Positions 49,111-59,105 of a stretch of DNA of 64,000 nt are shown here, piece after piece (within the stretch, counting starts at the first letter, position 1; each line of letters opens with the position of its first letter). Under the pieces are notes generated by a model, which saw nothing but the letters and a program-made list of their open reading frames with translations, made no database searches and was not told the origin of the DNA. The DNA lies in assembly GCA_965219955.1 (NCBI GenBank), contig OZ244799.1, positions 4,128,001-4,192,000 of the forward strand, in the 5' to 3' direction. The DNA is from a bacterium (GTDB lineage Bacteria > UBA8248). The position numbers and the translations under genes are program-made.

Positions 49111-49653
49111 TCAGGCAGGCGGGGTTTCGTCGCCCGCGCCCAGGGCGCGCTGCATGAGCACGCAGTCGAGCCACCTGCCGTGCTTGAAGCCGATCGACGG
49201 CAATACGCCGACGAGCCTGAAGCCGGCGCGCTCGTGCAGCCTGATGGAGGCCGCATTCGCGCTGTCGCCGATGACCGCGACCATCCGGCGCAAGCCCTTT
49301 TGCGTGCAGGAGTCGATCAGCCTGTCGAGCAGCGCAGCACCCAGCCCCCGGCGCATGACGCGATGATCGACGTAGACGGAATTTTCGACGGCGAAGCGGT
49401 AGGCCGGCCTGTGGTGGTAGGGCGCCGCATAGGCGTAGCCGCAGACGGCGCCTTCGACCTCGGCCACGAACCAGGGGAGGCCTTTCTCTTTTACGGCGCG
49501 GAAGCGTCGGCGCATCTCTTCTGAATCGGGCGGCTCCTCCTCGAACGAGGCCAGCCCGCGCAGCACGTGGTGGGCGTATATCTCCCGGATCGCGGGCAGG
49601 TCGGCTTCTGCGGCGTCGCGGACGAGCGGCTCCGTTCTGGTATCGGCCTTCAT
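49111..49653 (-). CDS. GNAT N-acetyltransferase (phosphinothricin acetyltransferase/YncA-like)
   Basis: ASFEEEPP, GYAYA, ENSVYV, NAASIRLH and GFKHGRWLD motifs. Confidence 0.92.
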   Translation of the reverse strand: MKADTRTEPLVRDAAEADLPAIREIYAHHVLRGLASFEEEPPDSEEMRRRFRAVKEKGLPWFVAEVEGAVCGYAYAAPYHHRPAYRFAVENSVYVDHRVMRRGLGAALLDRLIDSCTQKGLRRMVAVIGDSANAASIRLHERAGFRLVGVLPSIGFKHGRWLDCVLMQRALGAGDETPPA

Positions 49654-49803
49654 GGATGTTCCCCGCTCTCGTCAATGCATGGATTCAGCGCACCGGGCGC
49701 TCCCGGCGCGCGGTGATGCGTGATGTCGAACTATATAACGGGTCGTTGCCATTGGCGATGAAAGCCGCGCCGGATGTGCTCGAGGGAGCGGTCGTCGAGA
49801 AGT

Positions 49804-49832
49804 TTGTGCCTGATTTCGAAGTCATGTATAAT
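49804..49832 (+). promoter_or_regulatory. Sigma70-like promoter for the deaminase-SDR-ABC operon
   Basis: TTGTGC-17 bp-TATAAT about 110 bp upstream of ATG 49940. Confidence 0.5.
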
Positions 49833-49939
49833 TCTCCTATCCTGTGCTGTTCATACGATGTTGTGGGTCTTGCGGTTCATGCCGGGGGCCGGCAACTCAC
49901 GCCAGCGGGAATGCCCAATCTACAGAGGAGATTGGAGCC

Positions 49940-51709
49940 ATGTCCTCACGCCGAGCCCTGATCGATGTTGCCCTTGGCAATGAACCGGCCGACCTCGCGA
50001 TAACGAACGGCCGTCTCGTCAATGTACATACCCGTGAAATCTACAGCGCCGGGGTCGCTGTCAAGGGCGACCGGATAGCGGCGGTCGGCGACATCGATTA
50101 CGCGATCGGTGAGAACACGGAAGTCATCGACGCGGAGAACCGCTACGTGACACCCGGCCTGATCGACGGCCACCTCCACATGTATCACTCCTACCTGGGC
50201 GTGAACGAGTTCGTCGAGGGAATGCTGCGCCATGGCGTCACCGCCTACGCAGACGGCTTCTACGGCCAGGGGATCGTCGGCGGCCGGGAGGCGATCCGGT
50301 TTTTCAAGGATGCGCTCGAGGCCACCCCGCTCAGGCTCATATTCCTGGTCCCCACGCTCGCGCACCTGCAGAACCGTGAACTCGGCCTCGAGCCCACCCC
50401 GGGCGTCAGCGTCGAAGAGATGAACGAGATGCTCGACTGGGAAAACTGCGTGGGCCTGGAGGAGCCGCCGTTCCTGCCGGTCTGCGAGAAGTGGGACGAT
50501 TATCTGGACCTCTTCGACCGCTGCCTGGAGCAGCGAAAAACGATTACGGGGCATGCCGCCGGCGCGAGCTGGCGCCAGATGCAGGCATACGCCGCGGTCG
50601 GAACCAGCACCGACCACGAGTCCATCGCGACCGACGAGGCGGTCGACAAGACCCGGGCCGGCTTTCGCCTGCTCATGCGGCTCGGGTCGGGCGCGATTGA
50701 CGTGCCCGAACTCGTCAAGGCGTATCTTGAGCACAAGATCGACCCGAGAGCGCTCGCCATGTGCGCCGATCTCGCGTCGCCGGAGAAACTGCTGCGCGAG
50801 GGCGGGGTCGACGATAATATCCGCGTGGCCGTTCGAAACGGGGTGCCGCCCGTCATCGCGGTCCAGATGGCGACCATCAATGTCGCCGAGGCCTTCTACC
50901 TGCAGAGGGATATGGGGGCGGTTGCTCCGGGCCGCTACGCCGACATCCTGCTCGTCGACGACCTGGTCGCATTCGATATCGCCCGCGTATTCGTCGGTGG
51001 GGAGACCATCGTCCGGGACGGCGAGTTCCTGGCGGACCTGGCCCCCATCGAGTATCCAAGAAACTTCCGTGGAACCGTGAAGATCGAGCGTGAGATCACC
51101 GCCGGTTATCTCGAACCACGGACCGATGCCGAGGGCCCGGTGACCGTTCGGGTGATCGGCGTGACGGACGGCAGCCTCGTCACCGACGACGGAAGGGCTG
51201 TCCTCGCGGTCAATGACGGCGTGATACAGCCGGATCTTGCTAACGACGTCCTGCCGCTGACGATGGCCGATCGGTTCGGCAAGGGAGGGGGGCGCATCGG
51301 CAACGGTTTCGTGCGCGGCTTCGGTCTCAAGCGCGGGGCGATTGCGTCGACCGTCAACGCCGTCTGCGAGAATCTGGTTGCGGTCGGCGCGGACACGTCC
51401 GATATGGCGTTCGCCATGAACAAGCTCGCCGAGATCGGCGGCGGGAAGATCGTCGTTGCCGATGGCGAGATCCTCGCATTGGTGGAGTTGCCCCTTCTCG
51501 GGCTCTTGTCCGAAGAACCGACGGAGGCGGTCACGGCGAAGTTCGATAAGGCGTTCGAAGCCATACGCGAACTCGGGTGCGATCTCGCGAGCCCGTTCTC
51601 GCAGCTCGAGTTCAGCTTCGCCTGCGGCGAAATCGGCGACCTGAGGCTTTCCGACGAAGGGTTGTTGCGGGTTGACCCGCCGGAGATGGTGTCGCTGGTC
51701 GTGGAATGA
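49940..51709 (+). CDS. Adenine deaminase-like amidohydrolase (divergent)
   Basis: PGLIDGHLH, TDHE, QMATIN, GAVAPGRYADI and C-terminal GFGLKRGAIAST; several canonical Ade motifs are altered. Confidence 0.82.
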   Translation: MSSRRALIDVALGNEPADLAITNGRLVNVHTREIYSAGVAVKGDRIAAVGDIDYAIGENTEVIDAENRYVTPGLIDGHLHMYHSYLGVNEFVEGMLRHGVTAYADGFYGQGIVGGREAIRFFKDALEATPLRLIFLVPTLAHLQNRELGLEPTPGVSVEEMNEMLDWENCVGLEEPPFLPVCEKWDDYLDLFDRCLEQRKTITGHAAGASWRQMQAYAAVGTSTDHESIATDEAVDKTRAGFRLLMRLGSGAIDVPELVKAYLEHKIDPRALAMCADLASPEKLLREGGVDDNIRVAVRNGVPPVIAVQMATINVAEAFYLQRDMGAVAPGRYADILLVDDLVAFDIARVFVGGETIVRDGEFLADLAPIEYPRNFRGTVKIEREITAGYLEPRTDAEGPVTVRVIGVTDGSLVTDDGRAVLAVNDGVIQPDLANDVLPLTMADRFGKGGGRIGNGFVRGFGLKRGAIASTVNAVCENLVAVGADTSDMAFAMNKLAEIGGGKIVVADGEILALVELPLLGLLSEEPTEAVTAKFDKAFEAIRELGCDLASPFSQLEFSFACGEIGDLRLSDEGLLRVDPPEMVSLVVE

Positions 51710-51737
51710 CGCAAACCGGAAACAAGAGGGAGAGATC

Positions 51738-52499
51738 ATGAGCAACGGAAAGCTGGCGGGCCGCGTCGCAATCGTGACCGGCGGATCAAGGGGGCTTGGA
51801 CAGGCGATTGCATGGGAATTCGCGAACGAGGGCGCCGACGTGGCCGTGGTCGGGCGAGACGAAAGCGCCCTCACCGAAACGGTTGACGGCATCGAGCAGC
51901 GCGGCGGAAAGGCCGTCGCGATCGCGGCGGAACTCCGTGAAGTCTCCTCGATTCCAGGAGTTTTCGACAAAGCCGAGGAGGCGCTCGGCGAGTCGACGAT
52001 CCTCGTCAACAGTGCGGGCGTACAGGGGGATCGTCCTGCGCTCGACGTCACCGAGGAGCAGTATGACGAGGTGGCCGACACCAACATGAAGGCGCTGTTC
52101 TTCTGCTGCCAGGAGGCCGGCAAGCGGTGGATCGATCGGGAGAGCGGCGGGCGCATCATCAACCTCGGTTCTATTTTCGCCGTCGTCGGGATGCCCAATT
52201 TCTCGGTCTATTGTTCGACAAAAGGCGGCGTGCTGCTGCTTTCCAAGGCTCTCGCGATCGAGTGGGGGCCACACGGAATCAACGTCAACCTGATCGGCCC
52301 CTGCGCCACGATGACGGACATGGTAAGGCCGCTGTTCGACGACCCCGATTTCAAAGCGGCTTACATGCCGAGGGTGCCCGCCGGCGCCCTGCCCGATCCC
52401 CTGGACATCGGCAGAGCAGCCGTCTTCCTGGCCTCGGACGACGCTCGGATGATTCATGGACACCATCTACTGGTAGACTCCGGCTATACGACCAACTAA
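51738..52499 (+). CDS. SDR family oxidoreductase
   Basis: TGGSRGLG, NSAG, YCSTK (YxxxK) and VDSG motifs. Confidence 0.93.
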   Translation: MSNGKLAGRVAIVTGGSRGLGQAIAWEFANEGADVAVVGRDESALTETVDGIEQRGGKAVAIAAELREVSSIPGVFDKAEEALGESTILVNSAGVQGDRPALDVTEEQYDEVADTNMKALFFCCQEAGKRWIDRESGGRIINLGSIFAVVGMPNFSVYCSTKGGVLLLSKALAIEWGPHGINVNLIGPCATMTDMVRPLFDDPDFKAAYMPRVPAGALPDPLDIGRAAVFLASDDARMIHGHHLLVDSGYTTN

Positions 52500-52525
52500 T
52501 CGAGGTTCGGGGGGCTGAGACCCTG

Positions 52526-53620
52526 GTGACTGACCAGAGCGAAACATCAAGCGGTCCTGTCGCAGGCGACCACTCCGGGAACGGTTCCCCACAGGAAACG
52601 ACCAGGACCGGCGGCGCTTTGGAGCGAACGCGCGGTCTGCTGCGCCTCGAGGTGCAGTTGCTGTTCGTCCTCGTCTTCCTCTACCTCGGGTTTTCGGCCA
52701 TAGAACCCGACATCTTCATTTCCGTCAGGACCATCGAGAATCTCGCCAGACAGGCGGGGGTGCTGCTGGTCGCCAGCGTCGGGCAGATGCTGGTGCTCGT
52801 CGTAGGCGGTTTCGACATCTCGGTCGGCGCGACCGCGGGATTCGCCTCCACGGCGCTCGCGCTGCTCGTTGACGATTTCGGGTTGTACGGGGCCGTCACG
52901 GCGGCTTTGGCGCTTGGGGCCCTCGTCGGATCCGTCAACGGTTTCGTTATCGCGTACCTGGGGGTCAACCCCTTCGTGGCCACCCTGGCGATGCTGACGT
53001 TCCTGACCGGGTTGTCGAACGAACTGAGCAGCGGCGCTTCGGTTCCGATCACCGACCGGGGTGTGAGCGCGTTCGGCGCGGACGAGTGGGGGCCGCTGCC
53101 GGGGACAATGGGCATTGGACTGGTTGTCGTGTTCATTGCGTACCTGCTCCTCAACCGCGTCAGGGCGGGTCTCTACATCTATGCGATCGGGGGCGGACGC
53201 GAGACGGCGCGGCTGTCGGGAATTTCGGTCGCCCGCTACGAGGTTCTCGCCTATGCGATGTGCGGTCTTTTCGCGGCCGTCGCCGGGGTCATGCTCGCCT
53301 CCAGGGTCACGCTCGGACAGGCAAGCCTCGGGGCCGGGCTGGAGCTTGAATCCATCGCCGCGGCGGTCATCGGGGGCGCCGCGATCGGCGGCGGGGTCGG
53401 CCGGCTGCTCGGCGCTGCAATGGGGGTGGGGATCCTGACTGTACTCACCAGCGGTCTCGAGATCGTCGGTGTTTCGGAGTTCGCGCGCCAGATGGTTACC
53501 GGCGTCGTGCTGGTCGTAGCGGTCGCCTTCAACCAACGGGGACGGATAGGTGAATGGGCGATCTTCCAGTGGGCCAAATCACTGCTTCGCGGCAACGGTG
53601 CGCGGTTAAGCGGTTCTTGA
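52526..53620 (+). CDS. Sugar-type ABC transporter permease (RbsC-like)
   Basis: GGFDISVG, NGFVIA..VNPFVATL, YAIGG and IAAAVIGG motifs; start approximate. Confidence 0.9.
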   Translation: MTDQSETSSGPVAGDHSGNGSPQETTRTGGALERTRGLLRLEVQLLFVLVFLYLGFSAIEPDIFISVRTIENLARQAGVLLVASVGQMLVLVVGGFDISVGATAGFASTALALLVDDFGLYGAVTAALALGALVGSVNGFVIAYLGVNPFVATLAMLTFLTGLSNELSSGASVPITDRGVSAFGADEWGPLPGTMGIGLVVVFIAYLLLNRVRAGLYIYAIGGGRETARLSGISVARYEVLAYAMCGLFAAVAGVMLASRVTLGQASLGAGLELESIAAAVIGGAAIGGGVGRLLGAAMGVGILTVLTSGLEIVGVSEFARQMVTGVVLVVAVAFNQRGRIGEWAIFQWAKSLLRGNGARLSGS

Positions 53621-53656
53621 CGCAACATTTCGTTTTCACTGCCAAAGGAGAACACC

Positions 53657-54781
53657 ATGCGTATCAAATCCATGATTGCCATGCTGAGTCTCGTCACGTT
53701 TGCGCTTATGTTCTGGGGAGGGAGCGAGGTCAGCGCCCAGAAAATCAAAATCAGTCCCAAAGATGCGGCCTATGCGAAGTATCAGGCGCTTTCGACGGCG
53801 AAGAAGTTGCATTCGAATCTTCCCTGCACGGTTTCTCCCACCCCGGATGAAGCCGCGGCGTACCGCGCGCCGAAGGCGAAGCGCAGATACACAATCGGCT
53901 TCATGGAGCCCACGCTGGCGGGACACTATTACCAGGCTGGTTCGAGCGGCGCGTTCAAGGCTGCCAAAGAGGCGGGCGTGAAACTCGAGTTCGTTTCCGC
54001 CGGTACCGGATACGCGTCGCCCGAGCAGCAGCTCAAACAGGCCGAGCGTCTCCTGCTGAAAGGCGTGGACGCGGTTGCGGTCATCCCGACCGACATCCAG
54101 GGCGGCGTCGCAATCACCAACCTTTTCCTCCGCGAGAAAATTCCGGTCGTGATCGTGGCCACCGAGTCCAGCTCGCCGGACGCCTACATGGTAATGCAGG
54201 ACGACTACCAGATGGGGCGTGATTCGGCTGACCTCCTGGTGAAAGAGACCGGCCCGAATGCCGGGAAGGGCATCGTGATCGCCGGGCCGGCCAACGCCAC
54301 CTGGTCGGCCAAACGGGCAGCCGGCTTCGCGGATCGGGTGAAAGAAAAGTACCCGGGCGTCAAGATCGCCGTCTCGGCGACGCAGAACGTCGATCCCGCC
54401 CAGGGGCTGAAATCGTTCGAGAACGCGGTTCAGGCCCATCCCGATATCAAATGGGTGTATTCGGTCTTCAACCTGCTGCTCGATCCCGACTCGCTGCCGG
54501 CGCGGTACAAGAACGTGGCTTTCGTCACGAACGGTCTGGACCCCGCTTCCATCCAGGATTTGAAAGAGGGCCAATACTCGACGATCATAGGCATCACGCC
54601 GACCCCGATGGGGTATCAGGGGGTCGGTCACGCCGTGGCGATCCTCAATGGCGATCAAAACGTGCCCGCCCTGGTTTGCATCCCGCTGACGCGGTACACC
54701 GCCAAAGACATGCCGCCCAACAAGACCGCGGTGACGCTGGAGCTTATCCAGAAAGGGTTCGAGGTCTCGGCTCAGAAATGA
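53657..54781 (+). CDS. Sugar-type ABC substrate-binding protein (RbsB/TorT-like)
   Basis: Signal peptide, GVDAV, AGP..R..GF periplasmic binding protein type I pattern; AAGGAG RBS. Confidence 0.85.
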   Translation: MRIKSMIAMLSLVTFALMFWGGSEVSAQKIKISPKDAAYAKYQALSTAKKLHSNLPCTVSPTPDEAAAYRAPKAKRRYTIGFMEPTLAGHYYQAGSSGAFKAAKEAGVKLEFVSAGTGYASPEQQLKQAERLLLKGVDAVAVIPTDIQGGVAITNLFLREKIPVVIVATESSSPDAYMVMQDDYQMGRDSADLLVKETGPNAGKGIVIAGPANATWSAKRAAGFADRVKEKYPGVKIAVSATQNVDPAQGLKSFENAVQAHPDIKWVYSVFNLLLDPDSLPARYKNVAFVTNGLDPASIQDLKEGQYSTIIGITPTPMGYQGVGHAVAILNGDQNVPALVCIPLTRYTAKDMPPNKTAVTLELIQKGFEVSAQK

Positions 54782-54830
54782 CCGGCAGGCAGCGCTTCGC
54801 TCACGAGCCTGGTGGTCAGAGAGGACGGAA

Positions 54831-56363
54831 TTGCTGAATTCCCCGGTCGAAGAACGCCGCGTTCCCGCCGTCAGGATGGAGAACGTCACCAAAACGTTCC
54901 CCGGCGTAAAGGCCCTGGATCGCGTCAGCTTTGATGTCGACCACGGCGAGATACACGCGCTGGTCGGGGAGAACGGGTCGGGGAAGTCCACACTTTTGAA
55001 GCTGATGGTGGGCGCTTTCCCGATGGACTCCGGGCTGATCCGCATTAACGGGGACGAGGTGCGGCTGCGCTCGCCGCGTGAGGCCAGGAAGCGGTACGGC
55101 ATCAAGATAATGCCGCAGGACGTCGAGTTGTGCGGACAACTGATTACCGGCCGCAACATCATGCTGGGCCTCGAGGGGGCGCTGGTCGACCGGAACAGGC
55201 TGTCGCGCCGCGAGCGGGCGATGACGACGGAAGTGCTCCGCCTGATCGGCGCCCACGTGGATCCCCAGGTCCTGGGGGAGGATTTAAGCACACCGGAGGC
55301 TCGATTCATCCAGATCGCTCACGCGCTCCTGCCTCCGGTGAACGTGGTCCTTTGCGACGAGCCGACGGCGGTGCTCTCCACAGTGGATGCCGAGGCGCTT
55401 CTGGCCACCCTGACCAGGATTCGGAGCGAGGCGGGTACGGCCATCGTATACGTCAGCCACCGGATCGGCGAGGTTCTCCAGATAGCCGACCGCATCACGA
55501 TCCTCCGTGACGGCCTCAGCGTCGGCACGTTTCGACGCGACGAGATCGACCGGCAACAAATGATCGAGCTGATGACCAAGTCCGCGAGCGACGGCAGGCA
55601 AGGGACGCCGTCTCAGGACGCCCCCCGGGACGCGGCGAAAGGAGGCAGGCTTGCGGTAAAGGAACTTGGCTTCGGTCGAAGCTTTTCGGACGTCTCGCTC
55701 GAAGTAGCGGCGGGGCAAATCGTGGGAATCGCCGGCGCGCAAGGCGCGGGGTTTGGCCCGCTGCTCGCCGCAATTGCGGGCCGCATGAAGTACGACGCCG
55801 GCTCCGTCGAGCTGGACGGGGTCTCCATTCCGCCCGGCTCGACCACGAAAGCGTACAGGTTCGGGATCGCGCTGGTCCCGGCCGACCGGCGGCAGGCGGG
55901 TATCGTCCCGTCGCTCACGGTTCGGGAGAACATCGCCTTGCCCATTACAGGATCGCTTGGACGGAACGGCTTCCGGCTTCGGCGGGCCGAGCGCGAGAAG
56001 AGCCGGAAATTCGCTGAGGTATTCGATATCAGGGGAGCCGGGCTCAACACCATGGCCGGAAACCTGAGCGGCGGCAACCAGCAGAAACTGGCGATTGCCC
56101 GATCCCTTCAGGGAGAGCCGAAGTTTCTTCTGCTCGAAGAACCCACGCAGGGGATCGACATCGGCGCGAAGTCCGAGATCCGCCATCACATCGGCCAACT
56201 CGTTCGCAACGAAGGAATGGGCGCGCTGGTCGCGAGTTCCGAGTTTGAAGATCTCATCGGCTTCTCGGATGTCCTCCACGTGATGCGCCTGGGCCGGATC
56301 GTCGCGACATTCGACGGGAAGACGGCGACCTACTCGGACATCCTCCACGCGGCGCTCCCGTAG
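54831..56363 (+). CDS. Sugar-type ABC ATP-binding protein (RbsA-like)
   Basis: KTFPGVKAL, GENGSGKST, DEPT, LSGGNQQK and EPTQGIDIGAK motifs. Confidence 0.92.
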   Translation: MLNSPVEERRVPAVRMENVTKTFPGVKALDRVSFDVDHGEIHALVGENGSGKSTLLKLMVGAFPMDSGLIRINGDEVRLRSPREARKRYGIKIMPQDVELCGQLITGRNIMLGLEGALVDRNRLSRRERAMTTEVLRLIGAHVDPQVLGEDLSTPEARFIQIAHALLPPVNVVLCDEPTAVLSTVDAEALLATLTRIRSEAGTAIVYVSHRIGEVLQIADRITILRDGLSVGTFRRDEIDRQQMIELMTKSASDGRQGTPSQDAPRDAAKGGRLAVKELGFGRSFSDVSLEVAAGQIVGIAGAQGAGFGPLLAAIAGRMKYDAGSVELDGVSIPPGSTTKAYRFGIALVPADRRQAGIVPSLTVRENIALPITGSLGRNGFRLRRAEREKSRKFAEVFDIRGAGLNTMAGNLSGGNQQKLAIARSLQGEPKFLLLEEPTQGIDIGAKSEIRHHIGQLVRNEGMGALVASSEFEDLIGFSDVLHVMRLGRIVATFDGKTATYSDILHAALP

Positions 56364-56420
56364 GGGCCGGGGCCTCCGCCCGCCCGATCCGGCCTCCTCG
56401 CTCGAAGCCGGAAGTCGCAC

Positions 56421-57140
56421 TACCCCCCCTCTTCGGGGTTGTTGAAAAGCCCCTGTCCGACCTCCGAAATCGTTCGCCGTAGCAGAGACAGGCCCCTGCG
56501 CCTGTCTCAGGCCTCCGTGCCTGTCCGATGAAACTACCACCGTCATTCCGGCGAAAGCCGGAATCCATTTTGACTTTTCACCGGGCGGGGTGGCCACGAC
56601 CTTGTTGTCGCGCGGCGTCCGGATGCGGAATCCAGAGAATTCGCCTTTCGTTTTCGTGTTCGATTCCGATCCTCCCCGCCCGGGCGTAAAGACGTCCGAA
56701 CGAAGAGGCGAAAAGGCAAAGGCGAAAATGGATTCCGGGCAATCCCTCCCTCTCCGGTCGGCATTGATTGCCGGAATGACGGCCAAAACCCGAAACAGGG
56801 CGGAGGCGCAGGCATCTCTTCCTCCCCGATGAGGTTTATCAACAGCCCCCTCAAGGGGCTGTTGATAAAGTCCGTGCGCATCCCCTCGAATGGAGGCCGT
56901 AGGGGCGGCCCTCCGTGGCCGCCCGTCGGTCGTATTCACCCCGATACAAGAAGGGCGCGAGGGTCTCGGACAGGCACGGAGGCCTGTCCCTACCCCTGCC
57001 TCCCCGGTCGGCTCCATACGCCGAATCACGAAATGAGACCTTTTTCAACAACCCCCTCAAGGGGGGAGTGAAGTCTTCTCCCTTCCCGGTCGGTTTCGTT
57101 CGCCGAATCATGAAATCAGGGCTTTTTCAACAGCCCCTCT
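56421..57140. repeat. Nested repeat cluster containing a family A MITE (56540-56782)
   Basis: GTTGTTGAAAA/TTTCAACA brackets, GTAG REPs, CCCCCTCAAGGGG palindromes; family A interior inverted relative to the 10233 copy. Confidence 0.85.
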
Positions 57141-57506
57141 TCAGTCGCATTTCCCCGCAATTGCAATGATGGGATGAAGAGAGAGAGCGCGTATGATAAC
57201 GGAGCCGGCCGGTTTGTCTGGAGAAAAATGAATTTCCGTAAATTTCGATAAAATCAGATAAATTCACGGGGTTTTTCGATAAATTGACGGGGTATTTCCG
57301 GGAATTATTTTCTTGAGGAATGACGCCGCGGAATCGGGGCGCAGGGGAATTCTGCCATGGTCTGCGAGTTCCGCGATGACGGCAAATGCGGGCAAATGCG
57401 GGGGTGAAATTCTCCCGGCGCGCTTTTCATGGGCGCACAGGTATTGTAAGAATGCAGGCGGGCGGAAGGGCCTGATTTCACTGGGGTTTTCCTGGGAGAG
57501 GCGGAC

Positions 57507-58202
57507 ATGGCGCGGCGCATGATTTTCGTATTGACCCTGGGCGTTCTCGTCGGCCTGGCGGGCGCGCCCGCGTGGCGCTGGCTTGAGAGAAGCCTTTTCG
57601 AGAGCCTGCCCGTCTATTCGCAACTGCCTGATTTTGCACTGGTTGACGCTTCGGGCCGGGCGTTTGCGAGAGATCGCCTGCGCGGCAAAGTCTGGGTGGC
57701 GGACTTCATCTACACGCGGTGTGAGGATACCTGCCCCCTCCAGACTTCCGAGATGCGCCGCCTTCAGCGAGCGTTTTCGGGCTCAGAGGACTTCCGGCAG
57801 ATCTCCATCACCACCGACCCCGCGCACGACAAGAAAGAACGCCTCGCGGCCTATGCGCAAAAGTTCGGCGCGGACAGGGCGCGGTGGTTTTTTCTCACGG
57901 GCAAGGAAAAAGAAATCAAGGACTTGGCGCTCAAGGGCTTTCGCCTGAGCTATGCGACGAAACAAGCCGCGCTCCCCCCCGGTTCGGTCGCCGGGCGGGC
58001 CTTCCGGCTTCTCCTGCCCGCCGCGCACGCGCATCACCCGGGGCATCAGGAGGGGGAAAAGACGCCGGGAATCCTGATTTCCCACAGCTCGCGTTTCGTG
58101 CTCATCGACAGGAATTTCACCATCCGGGGCTATTACCACAGCAACGACGCGGAATCTCTCGAGAAGTTGAGGAAGGATTTGAGAGCCCTGCTAAACAGTT
58201 GA
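57507..58202 (+). CDS. SCO1/SenC family copper chaperone
   Basis: ADFIYTRCEDTCP (CxxxC), DPAHD and HSSRFVLID motifs; N-terminal membrane anchor. Confidence 0.92.
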   Translation: MARRMIFVLTLGVLVGLAGAPAWRWLERSLFESLPVYSQLPDFALVDASGRAFARDRLRGKVWVADFIYTRCEDTCPLQTSEMRRLQRAFSGSEDFRQISITTDPAHDKKERLAAYAQKFGADRARWFFLTGKEKEIKDLALKGFRLSYATKQAALPPGSVAGRAFRLLLPAAHAHHPGHQEGEKTPGILISHSSRFVLIDRNFTIRGYYHSNDAESLEKLRKDLRALLNS

Positions 58203-58214
58203 TTTGTTTGCTGA

Positions 58215-59075
58215 TTACGTGGTTTCCATATCTGCGATCATCTCGGCGTAACCCTCCCGATAGGACGGATAGAGAAAGCGATAGCCTGTCACCTTGAGCC
58301 TGGCGTTCGAGCATCGCTTGTTCGCCGCCACGCGCGCGGAGGGGGCTTCGCCGCCCGCGGCTACACGCGGTTGCGGGACGCCCAGCCGCTCCGCCAGCCA
58401 ATTCAATACCTTGCGGCGATCCGCGGGCTCATCGTCGACGCCGACGTATATCGCATCGGGCGCGTCCATCTTCATGAGGTGGGCGAGTACGCCCGCGCAG
58501 TCATCGCGGTGGATGCGGTTCGTAAAGCGGGGCGGCCCCTCAGGGACTTCGGCCTTGCCCGCGCGGACGGCGTCTATCAGGCGCGTGCGGCCGGGGCCGT
58601 AAATGCCTGAAAGTCTCAGGATTGTGGCGGGATGGCCGCTCTCCAGCAATGCGCGCTCGCCTTCGAGCAGGATGCGGCCCGCGTAATGGGTCGGCAGCGT
58701 GGGGGATTCCTCGTCCACCCGGCCGCCGTCTGTCTGCGCGTAGACGGCCGTGCTCGATGTGAAGAAGATGCGCCCGGGTTTTTCTCCTTTCTTATCAATG
58801 GCTTTAAGGAGGTTTTTCGGGCCGTCGGCATACGCCGCCCGGTAGCCGGCCTCGCCGCCACCGCCCGAGGAGAGGGTGTAGAAGATGAAATCGAGGCCCT
58901 CGGGGAGGAGATCGCCCAGGTCCTTGTCGTGAACGTCCGCGCTCAGCGGTTTGATGGATCCGGGCAGGTTATCGGGATTCCGGCGCATCCCCCGGACGAG
59001 ATGGCCCTCGGCGGCGAGCTTCGTCCCGAGCGCTGCACCGACATAGCCGCAACCTATGATGAGCACGTTCGCCAT
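58215..59075 (-). CDS. Atypical SDR/NAD-dependent epimerase-dehydratase (YeeZ-like)
   Basis: GCGYVG, SSTAVY, RLSGIYGPGR, NRIHRDD and YPSYREG motifs. Confidence 0.9.
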   Translation of the reverse strand: MANVLIIGCGYVGAALGTKLAAEGHLVRGMRRNPDNLPGSIKPLSADVHDKDLGDLLPEGLDFIFYTLSSGGGGEAGYRAAYADGPKNLLKAIDKKGEKPGRIFFTSSTAVYAQTDGGRVDEESPTLPTHYAGRILLEGERALLESGHPATILRLSGIYGPGRTRLIDAVRAGKAEVPEGPPRFTNRIHRDDCAGVLAHLMKMDAPDAIYVGVDDEPADRRKVLNWLAERLGVPQPRVAAGGEAPSARVAANKRCSNARLKVTGYRFLYPSYREGYAEMIADMETT

Positions 59076-59105
59076 GACGGGCCTTAATCCTTGAAATCGC
59101 TCGAC

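Noticed and set aside
49946-52198. Long antisense ORFs (also 8409-10073, 19754-21253, 42815-44350 and 55284-57029)
   Set aside because: Shadow frames of GC-rich genes; the opposite strand carries the recognisable protein motifs.
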